From an uncultured Rhodobacteraceae bacterium (GTDB lineage Bacteria > Pseudomonadota > Alphaproteobacteria > Rhodobacterales > Rhodobacteraceae): a DNA stretch of 64,000 bases. Positions within the stretch are counted from its first letter, which is position 1, and each line of letters opens with the position of its first letter. The position numbers and the translations under genes were made by a program. Shown here one piece after another: positions 1 through 9,722 of the stretch. Where the stretch lies: NCBI GenBank assembly GCA_947494675.1, contig CANLVP010000003.1:233791-297790 (forward strand), read 5' to 3'. The notes under the pieces are model-generated. The model was not told where the DNA came from, did not search any database, and saw nothing but the letters and a program-made list of their open reading frames with translations.

Positions 1-255
1 CTCGACCGTCAGAACCTCCGCCCGGTCCTCCATCAAGGTAAAGGCCGCGTAGCCGCAAGCGCTGTCCAGCACGGTCGTGATGACCCCTGCATGGATGAAC
101 CCATGCTGCTGGATCAGGTCGGCGCGAAACGGAAATGTCAGCGTAACGCGCCCCGGTTCAAGCGAAGTTGGGGTGACGCCGAATGTCGCCATCACCCCTT
201 GGTCATCAAAGCTATGCGCGCAACGGGCCCGCCAGTTGGGGTTGCGCGGCTCCAT
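1..255 (-). CDS. PaaI-family hotdog-fold thioesterase; N-terminal part only, the gene runs off the window edge
   Basis: My own minus-strand translation from the ATG at 253-255 reads MEPRNPNWRARCAHSFDDQGVMATFGVTPTSLEPGRVTLTFPFRADLIQQHGFIHAGVITTVLDSACGYAAFTLMEDRAEVLTVE. This pattern is typical of PaaI-like thioesterases. It is absent from the ORF track because it is truncated. Confidence 0.6.
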   Translation of the reverse strand, partial: MEPRNPNWRARCAHSFDDQGVMATFGVTPTSLEPGRVTLTFPFRADLIQQHGFIHAGVITTVLDSACGYAAFTLMEDRAEVLTVE

Positions 256-256
256 C

Positions 257-3169
257 TTAGCTGAGCGCCGCGTCGCAGCGCCCGCAGACGCCCGCGTGGC
301 TATGGCTGCCTACGTCGGGAAGGATCTTCCAGCACCGCTGGCACTTGTCGCCCGTAGCCTTGGCAAAGATCACGCCGACATCGCTGCCTTCGACCTTAAA
401 TGCCTCTGCCGGGGCCGCATCGGTCGTGACGTGGATACCGGACGTAATGCACAGATCGTCAAAGCTGACGGTTTCCAGCACTTTGGCCTGATCTGCAGTC
501 ACATAGACGGTGGGAGCCGCCTCAAGCGATGCGCCGATGACCTTATTGGTCCGCTCGACCTCCAAGGCGCCTGTCACCACGCGGCGCACGCTGCGCACTG
601 TGGCCCATTTCGCGGCCAATGCTTCATCCCGCCATGCGGCAGGCGTATCCGGGAAATCGACCAAATGGACAGAGCTGTCCTCGCCTGGGAAGCGTTCCAG
701 CCAGACCTCTTCCATCGTGAAGGCGAGGATCGGTGCAAGCCATGTGGTCAGCCGCTCAAACAGCAGGTTCAACACCGTGCGCGCCGCCCGCCGCCGCGCG
801 GTATCGCCATCGCAATACAGCGCGTCCTTGCGGATATCGAAATAGAACGCCGACAAATCCAAGGTGGCAAAGTCAAAGACCGTGCGGAAAACGCCTTGGA
901 AATCATAGGCGGCATAGCCTTCGCGGATCTGCCCGTCGATCTCGGCCAGACGGTGCAACACCCAGCGCTCAAGCTCTGGCATATCGGCAGGCTCGACCCG
1001 GTCGGCGTCGGTGAAATCAGCCAAAGACCCTAGCAGGAACCGCATCGTATTGCGCAAACGGCGGTAGCCGTCGGCGGTGCCTTTGAGGATTTCCGGCCCG
1101 ATCCGCAGGTCGTTGGTGTAATCCGACTGCGCGACCCAAAGCCGCAGGATATCAGCCCCGTATTGTTTGATGACCTCTTCAGGTGCGACCGTGTTGCCCA
1201 AGGATTTGGACATCTTCATGCCCTTTTCATCCAGCGTAAAACCATGGGTCAGCACGCCGCGATAAGGTGCGCGCCCTTTGGTGCCACAGGCCTGCAACAT
1301 CGACGAATGGAACCACCCACGGTGCTGGTCGGTGCCTTCGAGATAAAGATCGGCGAGGCCGTCCTCGGACCCATCTGCGCGGTCGCGCAGCACAAAGGCA
1401 TGGGTCGATCCGCTGTCAAACCAGACGTCCAGAATATCGAACACCTGCTCATAGGCGTCGACGTCGACCAGCCCGCCAAGGAACCGTTCCTTGGCCCCGT
1501 CCTCATACCAGACGTCCGCGCCTTCGGCCTCGAACGCCTCAAGAATGCGGGCGTTGACCTCTGGGTTGCGCAACAGGAAATCAGGGTCGGTGGGCAAGGC
1601 GCCTGACTTGACGAAACAGGTCAGCGGCACGCCCCAAGCGCGCTGTCGCGACAACACCCAATCAGGGCGCTGCTCGATCATCGCGTGCAGACGGTTGCGC
1701 CCGCGCGGCGGCGTCCATGTCACCAGCTCATCGATGGATCGGAGCGCGCGTTCACGGATCGTGGTGCCATAATCGTCCTGCCCATCGCCCACGGCGCGAT
1801 CAATCGCAGCAAACCATTGCGGCGTGTTGCGATAAAGAACCGGTGCCTTTGACCGCCAGGAATGCGGGTAGCTGTGTTTGATGATCCCACGTGCCAGCAA
1901 TCCGCCGACCTCAACCAGTTTCGACATGACAGCCGTGTTGGCATCACCTTCCCACGGGTTAGTCTTGTTCTTTTTGTTCAGCTTGTCGCGGAGGATTTTC
2001 TTGCCGCCAAAGAACGGCAGATCAGCGCGGAACGACCCGTCTTCCAGCACGTTGTAGGTGATCACCTGCTCGAGCATGCCCAGATCGCGGTAGAGCTCAA
2101 ACTCTTCCATCCCGTGGGACGGCGCGCAATGCACGAAGCCGGTGCCCTCTTCGTCAGTGACAAAATCCGCGGCGCGGAAATCGCGGATATCATCCCATTC
2201 GCCGTTTGACCCTTCAGCCCCGTGCAGCGGATGCCGCAGGCCAGTGATCACGGATGGGTCCACATCGCCCACGCGGGTCCACATGCCATCCTCGAGCCGT
2301 GCCTTACCTAGCACCTGCGCGGCCAGCTTGTCGGCCAGCACAAAGCGGTCACCCACATTGGCCCAGCTTTCATCCGGCGTGCCCGTGACCTCATAAAGGC
2401 CATAATCGATGTCCGCGCCATAAACGACGGCCTTGTTGGACGGGATCGTCCAGGGCGTTGTGGTCCAGATCACCACATGCGCGCCATCCAGCTCACCGCC
2501 ATCGACCGCAAACTTCACCCAAACGGTAAAGCTCTCCTTGTCGTGGTATTCCACCTCCGCCTCGGCCAGCGCGGTCTGTTCAACCGGCGACCACATCACG
2601 GGCTTGGAGCCTTGATAAAGCGTGCCGTTCATCAAGAACGTCTGGAATTCTTCGGCGATCACACGCTCGGCGTGGAAATTCATCGTCAGATAGGGCTCTG
2701 GCCAATTGCCCGCCACGCCAAGTCGCTTGAATTCTTCGCGCTGGATGTCGACCCAGCCTTCGGCGAACTTGCGACATTCCTGCCGGAAATCGACGATGTT
2801 CACGTCGTCCTTGTCGAGTCCCTTGGCGCGATACTGCTCTTCGATCTTCCACTCAATCGGCAACCCGTGACAATCCCAACCGGGGATATAGCGTGCATCA
2901 CGGCCCATCATCTGTTGGCTGCGCACGACCATATCCTTGAGGATTTTGTTCAGCGCGTGCCCGATGTGCAAATGCCCGTTTGCATAGGGCGGGCCGTCAT
3001 GCAGCGTAAAGGCGGGGCGGCCCGTCTTGGCACGCAACTTGTCGTAGATTCCGATCTTGGCCCACCGGTCGAGCCATTCCGGCTCGCGTTTGGGCAATCC
3101 GGCCCGCATCGGGAAATCCGTGCGCGGCAGGTTCAGGGTGTCTTTATATTCAGGCGTATCGGCGCACAT
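257..3169 (-). CDS. ileS: isoleucine--tRNA ligase
   Basis: 970-aa ORF with a HIGH motif (PYANGHLHIGHALNK), a KMSKS motif (KMSKSLGN) and a C-terminal CQRCW...CGRC zinc knuckle. Confidence 0.97.
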   Translation of the reverse strand: MCADTPEYKDTLNLPRTDFPMRAGLPKREPEWLDRWAKIGIYDKLRAKTGRPAFTLHDGPPYANGHLHIGHALNKILKDMVVRSQQMMGRDARYIPGWDCHGLPIEWKIEEQYRAKGLDKDDVNIVDFRQECRKFAEGWVDIQREEFKRLGVAGNWPEPYLTMNFHAERVIAEEFQTFLMNGTLYQGSKPVMWSPVEQTALAEAEVEYHDKESFTVWVKFAVDGGELDGAHVVIWTTTPWTIPSNKAVVYGADIDYGLYEVTGTPDESWANVGDRFVLADKLAAQVLGKARLEDGMWTRVGDVDPSVITGLRHPLHGAEGSNGEWDDIRDFRAADFVTDEEGTGFVHCAPSHGMEEFELYRDLGMLEQVITYNVLEDGSFRADLPFFGGKKILRDKLNKKNKTNPWEGDANTAVMSKLVEVGGLLARGIIKHSYPHSWRSKAPVLYRNTPQWFAAIDRAVGDGQDDYGTTIRERALRSIDELVTWTPPRGRNRLHAMIEQRPDWVLSRQRAWGVPLTCFVKSGALPTDPDFLLRNPEVNARILEAFEAEGADVWYEDGAKERFLGGLVDVDAYEQVFDILDVWFDSGSTHAFVLRDRADGSEDGLADLYLEGTDQHRGWFHSSMLQACGTKGRAPYRGVLTHGFTLDEKGMKMSKSLGNTVAPEEVIKQYGADILRLWVAQSDYTNDLRIGPEILKGTADGYRRLRNTMRFLLGSLADFTDADRVEPADMPELERWVLHRLAEIDGQIREGYAAYDFQGVFRTVFDFATLDLSAFYFDIRKDALYCDGDTARRRAARTVLNLLFERLTTWLAPILAFTMEEVWLERFPGEDSSVHLVDFPDTPAAWRDEALAAKWATVRSVRRVVTGALEVERTNKVIGASLEAAPTVYVTADQAKVLETVSFDDLCITSGIHVTTDAAPAEAFKVEGSDVGVIFAKATGDKCQRCWKILPDVGSHSHAGVCGRCDAALS

Positions 3170-3387
3170 GGGTGGCGTCCTTTGGCAATTCGAAGGGAAA
3201 TTTCAGACTAGGGGCGGCGTGATCAGCTCATCACCTTGACCCGGCAACGCTTACCCGCGTGCCGGGACACTAATTCGTATGAAAAACCCATGTGTCATTT
3301 CCGCTGCTTATAGGCGCGGGACAGGTCAGGAACAAGTGGGCGCTCTGTCAAAAGGGCGGGTCACTGCTGCACGCGCCAAAATGTCGT

Positions 3388-3404
3388 GCGCCCGGCACGG
3401 GCGC
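3388..3404 (-). terminator. GC-rich hairpin downstream of the extensin-like gene; possible weak terminator
   Basis: GCGCCCG-GCA-CGGGCGC, a 7-bp stem, lies 15 nt past the stop at 3419. Only a short, displaced T-run follows on the minus strand. Confidence 0.3.
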
Positions 3405-3418
3405 GCCTTTGGATCACG

Positions 3419-4303
3419 CTACCGGCAGTATGATCCGCTGCGATAACGTGCTGTATCAAAATGAAAATGATCGCGGTGGGCGGCATTGGCATTGGGCCCA
3501 AGCACCGTGCCAAACGGCCCGCAGGCCCCGCGCCACATCTTGCGCAAGGCCTCGCCGGCTGCACCGCGGTTCCAATCAGTCAACACGGTGATCTCTCCAC
3601 CAGACCGCAGACCGATCCCCGCGATATCAATCGCGCGGCCAAAGGCATGTTCGCTTAACCGCCCGGTGGAGGACGAATTGCGGTTGCGGCAAGCATAGTG
3701 CGACACCACGCGCAACGATTGCATCCCACCGCCGATTTGCCCCACCGCGGGCTTTGCGGTCTGCGCGACCCAAGCCTTCAGAGCGCCTGCCGTGCGGCAA
3801 TCAATCGTCGCATTGGGCGACAGGCGCACCCCGGCGACAGAGCGCACGCGCACCGCACTTTCGATACCACAGGCCCCGTTTCCCGGCACACGGCCAATCG
3901 CCTCGCCCTGAATCGCCGGATCGCCACAGACCTGGCCGCGTTGCCGCGCGATGCGCTGCTCAACCGCCCGCTGGGTAATCGCCGCCGGGCGCACCATAGG
4001 ACGCAAGGATAAAGCAATCGCATTGGGGCTAAAGGCGAACATGCCAACCTCGGCCCGCGCAATTGCTTGCGTCGCAGCCCCCCGCGCCAGATCGGGCCGT
4101 TCAAACGGGCGCGGCGTCGGGCGCAGCTCTGCCGTTGGATCGCCTTGCGGTGCGGGTGTCAGCCCTTCGGGCCGCAATTGCGGGCGCGCGACGACGGGTT
4201 CAGGTGCTTCGGCAACGGGGCGAGCCTGCGGACGTAGGGTCACTGTCTGTGCCACAACATTATCGGCCAAAAGGCACAGGCAAAGCGCCCAAAACACCTT
4301 CAT
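3419..4303 (-). CDS. secreted extensin-like C-terminal domain protein, probably a LAS-type metallopeptidase fold
   Basis: It has a signal peptide (MKVFWALCLCLLADNVVA) and a Pro-rich linker. The C-terminal part carries SEHAFGRAIDI ... HRDHFHFD, an H-x-D / H-x-H zinc-site pattern. Its ATG overlaps the tyrC stop (ATGA). Confidence 0.75.
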   Translation of the reverse strand: MKVFWALCLCLLADNVVAQTVTLRPQARPVAEAPEPVVARPQLRPEGLTPAPQGDPTAELRPTPRPFERPDLARGAATQAIARAEVGMFAFSPNAIALSLRPMVRPAAITQRAVEQRIARQRGQVCGDPAIQGEAIGRVPGNGACGIESAVRVRSVAGVRLSPNATIDCRTAGALKAWVAQTAKPAVGQIGGGMQSLRVVSHYACRNRNSSSTGRLSEHAFGRAIDIAGIGLRSGGEITVLTDWNRGAAGEALRKMWRGACGPFGTVLGPNANAAHRDHFHFDTARYRSGSYCR

Positions 4304-5220
4304 TTCGTGCTCGCGGGACCACGGCCAAAGTTTGGCGCGTCGGTATCTTGCCCCGCCTCGATAATGCCACGCCGGATCGCGCGGGTGCGGGTGAAATAGG
4401 CGTGCAGATGCTCACCATCACCCTTGCGAATGGCGCGCTGCAGGGCAAAAAGCTCTTCGGTGAAGCGCCCCAGAATTTCAAGCGTAGCGTCTTTGTTGGT
4501 CAGGAACACATCGCGCCACATTGTCGGATCAGAGGCTGCGATGCGGGTAAAATCCCGAAAGCCCGCCGCTGAATATTTGATGACTTCGCTGTCCGTCACA
4601 CGGCTAAGGTCGTCGGCCACACCCACCATCGTATAAGCGATCAGGTGCGGCGTGTGAGAGGTCACCGACAACACCAGATCATGGTGGTCAGCATCCATTT
4701 CATCGACGTTTGATCCCATCCCGCGCCACAACCGCGCGAGCCGATCAACTTCTGCCTGGTCGCTGTCGACATCCGGCACAAGAATGCACCAGCGGTTGTC
4801 GAAAAGCTCGGCAAAGCCGGCGCGGGGGCCGGAATGCTCAGTCCCCGCCAAGGGGTGGGCGGGAATAAAGTGAACGCCTTCAGGCACATGCGGGGTCACG
4901 GCGGCGACGACGGCCCCTTTAACCGACCCCACATCGCTGACCACTGCGCCGGGTTTCAGGTGCGGGCCGATCTCGGCCATCACGCTGTCCATCGCACCGA
5001 TCGGCACGCAAAGCACGATCAGATCCGCGTCGTGCACAGCATCCACGGCGGTCTCATGCACTTCGCACAGATCAATTTCACGCGCGATGTCGCGGGTCTG
5101 GGACGACCGCGCATAGCCGGTGATCGTATTTGCCAACCCGCCACGTTTCATCGCATGGGCCATCGAGGACGCGATCAGACCAAGCCCGATCAGCGCCACC
5201 CGGTCGTAGAGAACCGTCAT
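4300..5220 (-). CDS. tyrC: prephenate/arogenate dehydrogenase
   Basis: Rossmann N-terminus (VALIGLGLIASSMAHA) and a prephenate dehydrogenase-like body. The start was chosen at MTVLYDR because that ATG overlaps the hisC stop (ATGA). The track ORF extends to 5268. Confidence 0.85.
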   Translation of the reverse strand: MTVLYDRVALIGLGLIASSMAHAMKRGGLANTITGYARSSQTRDIAREIDLCEVHETAVDAVHDADLIVLCVPIGAMDSVMAEIGPHLKPGAVVSDVGSVKGAVVAAVTPHVPEGVHFIPAHPLAGTEHSGPRAGFAELFDNRWCILVPDVDSDQAEVDRLARLWRGMGSNVDEMDADHHDLVLSVTSHTPHLIAYTMVGVADDLSRVTDSEVIKYSAAGFRDFTRIAASDPTMWRDVFLTNKDATLEILGRFTEELFALQRAIRKGDGEHLHAYFTRTRAIRRGIIEAGQDTDAPNFGRGPASTK

Positions 5221-6305
5221 CAGCGTTGGCCTTTGAATTGCGCAATCCCATGCACCACGCGGCGGCATGCACTTTCGTCACCGACGGTGATCCGCAGGCA
5301 ATGCGGAAAGCCATAGCCCTTGGGGTGGCGCACGATAATGCCCTGCGACAGCAGGTATTCGTTGCAACCGACGGCCTCTTCCTCGTCCGCGAACCGCGCT
5401 AGAATGAAGTTTGCAGTTGAGGTGTCGGATGGCACGCCAATCTCGGCCAGTGCCGTCGCCAGCCATTCGCGCCACCGGGCGTTTTCGCGTTGGCACCGCT
5501 CAAAATAGGCGGTGTCGCGCACCGCAGCTTCGGCCGCGGCCAATGCGGCAGAGGACATGTTGAACGGTCCCCTGATCCGGTTGAGCACATCGATGATCGC
5601 CTGCGGCCCATAGCCCCAGCCAACACGCATCCCGCCCAGCCCGTAAATCTTGCTAAATGTCCGCGTCATCACGACATTTTCGCGCTCTTCGATCAGGGCA
5701 AGCCCCGCATCAAAACCTTCAACATATTCCGCATAGGCGCCATCCAGCACAAGAATCGCCTGTTTGGGCAGCCCTTCGGCAAGGCGCGCCACCTCGGACG
5801 GGCCAATCATTGTGCCGGTCGGGTTCGCGGGGTTGGCGATATAGACCAGCTTGGTCTTTTTAGTGCAGGCCTCCAGGATCGCATCAACGTCGATCACGCG
5901 GTCGCGTTCTTTCACCTCAACCGGGGTGGCCCCAGCGGCAAGGGTCGAAATCCGATAAAGCGCAAAGCCGTGTTCGGTGTGGATCACCTCATCCCCCGGC
6001 CCGGCATAGGCCTGACACATAAAGTGCAGGATCTCGTCGGACCCAACGCCCATGATCACGCGGTCCGCATCAAGGCCCCAGGTTTCGGCAATCGCTGTGC
6101 GCAGTGACAGATGATCGGTGGACGGATAACGGTGCAGATCGTGGGCCGCGCGGACATAAGCCTCTTTCGCCTTGTCGGACGGCCCGGCGGGGTTCTCGTT
6201 CGACGACAGCTTCAGGACATTTGACACGCCCTCAACATGGCTCGCACCGCCCTGATACAAGGCGATGTCCATGATCCCCGGTTGTGGTTTTATCGCAGCT
6301 TTCAT
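5220..6305 (-). CDS. hisC: histidinol-phosphate aminotransferase
   Basis: LSSNENP motif and the PLP-lysine region [14 protein letters not shown]. The start was chosen at MKAAIKP, 9 nt after GGGGGA. The track ORF starts at 6314. Confidence 0.9.
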   Translation of the reverse strand: MKAAIKPQPGIMDIALYQGGASHVEGVSNVLKLSSNENPAGPSDKAKEAYVRAAHDLHRYPSTDHLSLRTAIAETWGLDADRVIMGVGSDEILHFMCQAYAGPGDEVIHTEHGFALYRISTLAAGATPVEVKERDRVIDVDAILEACTKKTKLVYIANPANPTGTMIGPSEVARLAEGLPKQAILVLDGAYAEYVEGFDAGLALIEERENVVMTRTFSKIYGLGGMRVGWGYGPQAIIDVLNRIRGPFNMSSAALAAAEAAVRDTAYFERCQRENARWREWLATALAEIGVPSDTSTANFILARFADEEEAVGCNEYLLSQGIIVRHPKGYGFPHCLRITVGDESACRRVVHGIAQFKGQR

Positions 6306-6362
6306 AACACACATTCCCCCAACTTGGCCCGTTCTAACGGGGCCTTAGCCGCAATGCCAGTG

Positions 6363-7778
6363 TCAGGTGGCCAAGACATTACGGAATTGCCACGGATCGC
6401 TCAGATCAAGGTCCTCTGGGAAGTGTTCCCAGCGGTTATCCAGCGGCGTCCAATCGGTGTAATGTTCCTCAACCGGGCCAAGATAGGGGCGCTGCACCTC
6501 AAGGCAGCGGGCATGATCCATCTCATCGGTTTCAACGATGCCCGCGTTGGGATTTTCCAACGCCCAGACCATTCCGGCCAACACAGCAGAGGTCACCTGA
6601 AGCCCGGTGGCATTCTGGTAAGGTGCCAGCGTCTTCGTCTCTTCATTGGACAATCGCGACCCGAACCAAAGCGCGTTCTTTTCATGCCCATAAAGCAGCA
6701 CACCCAGTTCATCGATGCCCGTCACGATCTCATCCACATCCATGATTTCATGGGTCTTTTGCTGCTGCCCTGATCCAAACATCTCGTGCAGTGACAACAC
6801 TGCATCATCGGCAGGGTGATAGGCATAGTGACAGGTCGGGCGATACGCGGGCGCGTCAGCGGGGCCGACAGTATAGTAGTCCGAGATGCTGACCGCCTCG
6901 TTATGGGTCACCAGAAACCCAAACTGCGGGCCAGGTGTCGGGCACCACGTATGCACCCGCGTGATGGCACCGGGCCGTTCGAACCAGATCGCTGACTGGC
7001 AGCCCGTGTCGTAACTGTGTGCTGTGTCCGGCATCCACTTTTCATGTGTGCCCCAGCCCAGTTCGGCGGGCTGAAATCCTTCGGCGATGAACCCTTCGAC
7101 CGACCAGGTGTTCACAAAGGTGTCGCGCGGGCGCGGAGTGGCGCGGGCCTGCGTGTCACGTTCAGCGATGTGCACGCCCTTGACGCCAAGGCCCTGCATC
7201 AACGCGCCCCACCCTGCCCGATCCGTCGGCGGCGTGGCGTCGGCCCCGGTGTCGCGGGCGAGCGTCAGAAGCGCTTCTTTCACGAACCAGCTGACCATGC
7301 CGGGGTTGGCCCCACAGCAAGACACCGCCGTGGTGCCACCGGGATTGGCCGCTTTTTCATCGCGCACCTTTTGACGCAACGCATAGTTTGTCCGCTCTGC
7401 GTTGTTGGTGGTCTCAAAGTAAAACCCCTCCCAAGGCTCAACTACCGTGTCGATGTAAAGCACACCCATCTCGCGGCAGGCCTTCATCAGGTCAAGCGAG
7501 GAGGTATCCACCGACAAGTTCACGCAAAACCCTTTGCCGTCTGGAAACAGCTGGCTCAGAACCGCGCGATAATTCTCGCGCGTGATCTTGATCTGTTCGT
7601 GCCGGATGCCCTGTTCGGCCAGAAACGGGGCTGCATCGGGGTTCGGTTCAACCACAACCATCTGGTCGGCATCATAGTCAAAGTGGCGCTGGATCAGGGG
7701 CAAGGTGCCCTTCCCGATAGATCCAAAACCGATCATCACAATCGCGCCGTCGATGCGGCCATAGGTGGGATATGTCAT
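6363..7778 (-). CDS. hss: homospermidine synthase
   Basis: It closely resembles the remembered bacterial Hss sequence (YGRIDGAIVMIGFGSIGKGTLPLI, GFCVNLSVDTSSLD, TAVSCCGANPGMVSWFVK, DPWQFRNVL). The start at MTYPTYGRIDG is preceded by GGAGG. Confidence 0.92.
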   Translation of the reverse strand: MTYPTYGRIDGAIVMIGFGSIGKGTLPLIQRHFDYDADQMVVVEPNPDAAPFLAEQGIRHEQIKITRENYRAVLSQLFPDGKGFCVNLSVDTSSLDLMKACREMGVLYIDTVVEPWEGFYFETTNNAERTNYALRQKVRDEKAANPGGTTAVSCCGANPGMVSWFVKEALLTLARDTGADATPPTDRAGWGALMQGLGVKGVHIAERDTQARATPRPRDTFVNTWSVEGFIAEGFQPAELGWGTHEKWMPDTAHSYDTGCQSAIWFERPGAITRVHTWCPTPGPQFGFLVTHNEAVSISDYYTVGPADAPAYRPTCHYAYHPADDAVLSLHEMFGSGQQQKTHEIMDVDEIVTGIDELGVLLYGHEKNALWFGSRLSNEETKTLAPYQNATGLQVTSAVLAGMVWALENPNAGIVETDEMDHARCLEVQRPYLGPVEEHYTDWTPLDNRWEHFPEDLDLSDPWQFRNVLAT

Positions 7779-7846
7779 CCGCGCCTCCACTTGACTATCG
7801 CGTGGTTAGCGCATCACCGACTGGGTTGAAAAGTGGGGCAGCCGGC

Positions 7847-7881
7847 AAAAACGAAAAACCCCCGCCGCAACGCGACAGGGG
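7847..7881 (-). terminator. rho-independent terminator downstream of the VPLPA-CTERM gene
   Basis: On the minus strand the stem is CCCCTGTCGC-gtt-GCGGCGGGGG, 10 bp including two G-U pairs, followed by TTTTTCGTTTTT. Confidence 0.8.
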
Positions 7882-7907
7882 TTCATTTAGAATTCTGTTG
7901 AAATGCC

Positions 7908-8675
7908 TTACTTGGCAGCCTTTTTGCGGCGACCAGCAAAGCCGAACCCGGCAATCGCGCTGCCCAGCAGCAGCATCGAGGCGGGCACAGGGACTTCCGT
8001 GATAAAGAAGTCGGTGTAGACCTGCACACCATCGATGGAGAACCCATCGTTCTTGCGGTTCTTGCTGTCATCGAACTGGAAATTCTCAAGTTCGATCGTC
8101 GCGGACGTCACATCGGCGCCAAGGTCAATGGTGACCAATTTGATGTTACCATTCGTCAGCTTGCCATCCGTCCCACGAATGCGCAGCTCATAGCTGTCTG
8201 TGCCGGTCGTGATCCGCAGGAAGCCGCCAACGTCGTTGGCATCCATCAGGCTGAACGTCAGGTAGTCAAACGTCGTGGCACCGCCCAGCGACACGTCCCA
8301 GCGAATGCCGTAGGTGTCGTTGCTGTCCAGGAACCAGTCGCCAGCGTTTGGCGTGGTGTTGGTGCGGCCGAAGACGCTGCCGTCACGCAGTGCCAGCTCT
8401 GTGCCGGTGTTGCCCGGCAGTTGGGTCACGGTGCCACCGGTCCCCGTACCCCCGAGGGATGAGAAGCTGCCAACGTTGGACGCCAAGGATGCGCCAACTT
8501 CGCCTTCACCCAATGTCGTTCCAAGCGTTTCGAAATCTTCGGTCACAACGGTACCAATCCCGAAAGTCGGGTTATACGCGGCTGCGTCAAAGACGGAGAC
8601 ATTAATAGTCGCAGCGCTTGCCAACATCGGCAGCACAGCAACAGTCGTAGCAGTAACGAGGCCCAGGAAACGCAA
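7908..8675 (-). CDS. secreted VPLPA-CTERM sorting-domain protein
   Basis: The C-terminus is VPVPASMLLLGSAIAGFGFAGRRKKAAK: motif, TM helix, then a basic tail. The start was chosen at the TTG at 8675, preceded by GGAGGG, which gives the signal peptide MRFLGLVTATTVAVLPMLASA. The track ORF extends to 8783. The gene looks lower in GC than its neighbours. Confidence 0.8.
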   Translation of the reverse strand: MRFLGLVTATTVAVLPMLASAATINVSVFDAAAYNPTFGIGTVVTEDFETLGTTLGEGEVGASLASNVGSFSSLGGTGTGGTVTQLPGNTGTELALRDGSVFGRTNTTPNAGDWFLDSNDTYGIRWDVSLGGATTFDYLTFSLMDANDVGGFLRITTGTDSYELRIRGTDGKLTNGNIKLVTIDLGADVTSATIELENFQFDDSKNRKNDGFSIDGVQVYTDFFITEVPVPASMLLLGSAIAGFGFAGRRKKAAK

Positions 8676-8847
8676 GGCACCCTCCAACAAAATAAGAACT
8701 AACGAAGTCTTAACTAAGGCAAGAATGTGTTCGCGCATAGGGGAAAAGCCCCATTTTTTCCCCATTTGCCGTAACGGAAACAAAACCGTGTCATTGTTGC
8801 CGAATCGCCAACAAAAAAGGGTTAATCGGCTGCTTTTTTAGGCGCTT

Positions 8848-9651
8848 TTACTTGCGCTCCACACCAACGGCCGCGACCTCGCCGTCATGAAGCAGAATTT
8901 CGACCCAAACAGGGCTGGACACAAAGCGTTCGTAGCCGGTCACAAAGGTCGTTCTGCGGGCCAGCGCATTGATCCGACTGCCACAGGGTTTGCCAAATCC
9001 CGCCCGGCAAAAACTGGCCTTGATCGCCTCATAGGCATTGTCGACCTGCGTGTAAGGGCGGCGTGATTGCGCGGTCTCGTATCGGACAATCTCATGGGTG
9101 CCGACATCGCCGGTCAGCACAAGCGCGGCGGTGAACTGACGAGCGCAACGGTCGTCAAAGCCGGTAATATAGTGTGGGCGTGGCGCCGTGGTGTTTGGGG
9201 CCGTGTCATAGATGGTGTAGCCCGACACATCGGCGATCTTGGTGCCCATCTCGCGCGTCGACAGGCCACAGGTTGTGCCGACCTCGCCAAAGGCTTGGTT
9301 CGTGAGGGGGGCAATCGTCCCGGGTGCTGATACGGGAACCGCCTCGCCCTGATCGGTATTCGCAGACCCGCCGCCGAGCAATCGCCCGAACAGCCCCGGC
9401 CGCGCGTCAGCAACCTCTGGCTCTTCGGCTTGTTCCTCTGTGTCTGGAACTGCGGCGGTAACGGTCGTGTCGCGGCTAAAGAACCGCTCAAAAAAGCCAG
9501 GCGCATTCTCGGATGCGGCAATCGCTACAGCCTCGTCCGATACGCTCACCTCACTCAGCTCCGGCACGTCGTCCAACGTGTCAGAAACGCCAAACCCAGC
9601 GCAACCAGCAGCCAAGCCCAAGGCAAGACTTGTCATCAAAAACCGGCGCAT
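8848..9651 (-). CDS. hypothetical lipoprotein
   Basis: Lipobox LGLAAGC follows MRRFLMTSLA. Third-position GC is high and I recognise no domain. Confidence 0.75.
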   Translation of the reverse strand: MRRFLMTSLALGLAAGCAGFGVSDTLDDVPELSEVSVSDEAVAIAASENAPGFFERFFSRDTTVTAAVPDTEEQAEEPEVADARPGLFGRLLGGGSANTDQGEAVPVSAPGTIAPLTNQAFGEVGTTCGLSTREMGTKIADVSGYTIYDTAPNTTAPRPHYITGFDDRCARQFTAALVLTGDVGTHEIVRYETAQSRRPYTQVDNAYEAIKASFCRAGFGKPCGSRINALARRTTFVTGYERFVSSPVWVEILLHDGEVAAVGVERK

Positions 9652-9722
9652 ATGATCCCCCCATAGGCCAAACGCTGCATGACTTAGCCCGCAGTTGGAC
9701 CTGCGTCCACCTAGACAAAAGG

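Noticed and set aside
3277-3316. Possible third, partial copy of the 92-nt element (GTATGAAAAACCCATGTGTCATTTCCGCTGCTTATAGGCG)
   Set aside because: It shares GTATGAAAA, the 30-nt spacing to CTTATA, and about 23 of 40 positions with copy A. However, I picked it by eye, it lacks the conserved ATGCAGAACC and GCGTTAA blocks, and it points against its flanking genes. That is too weak to call.
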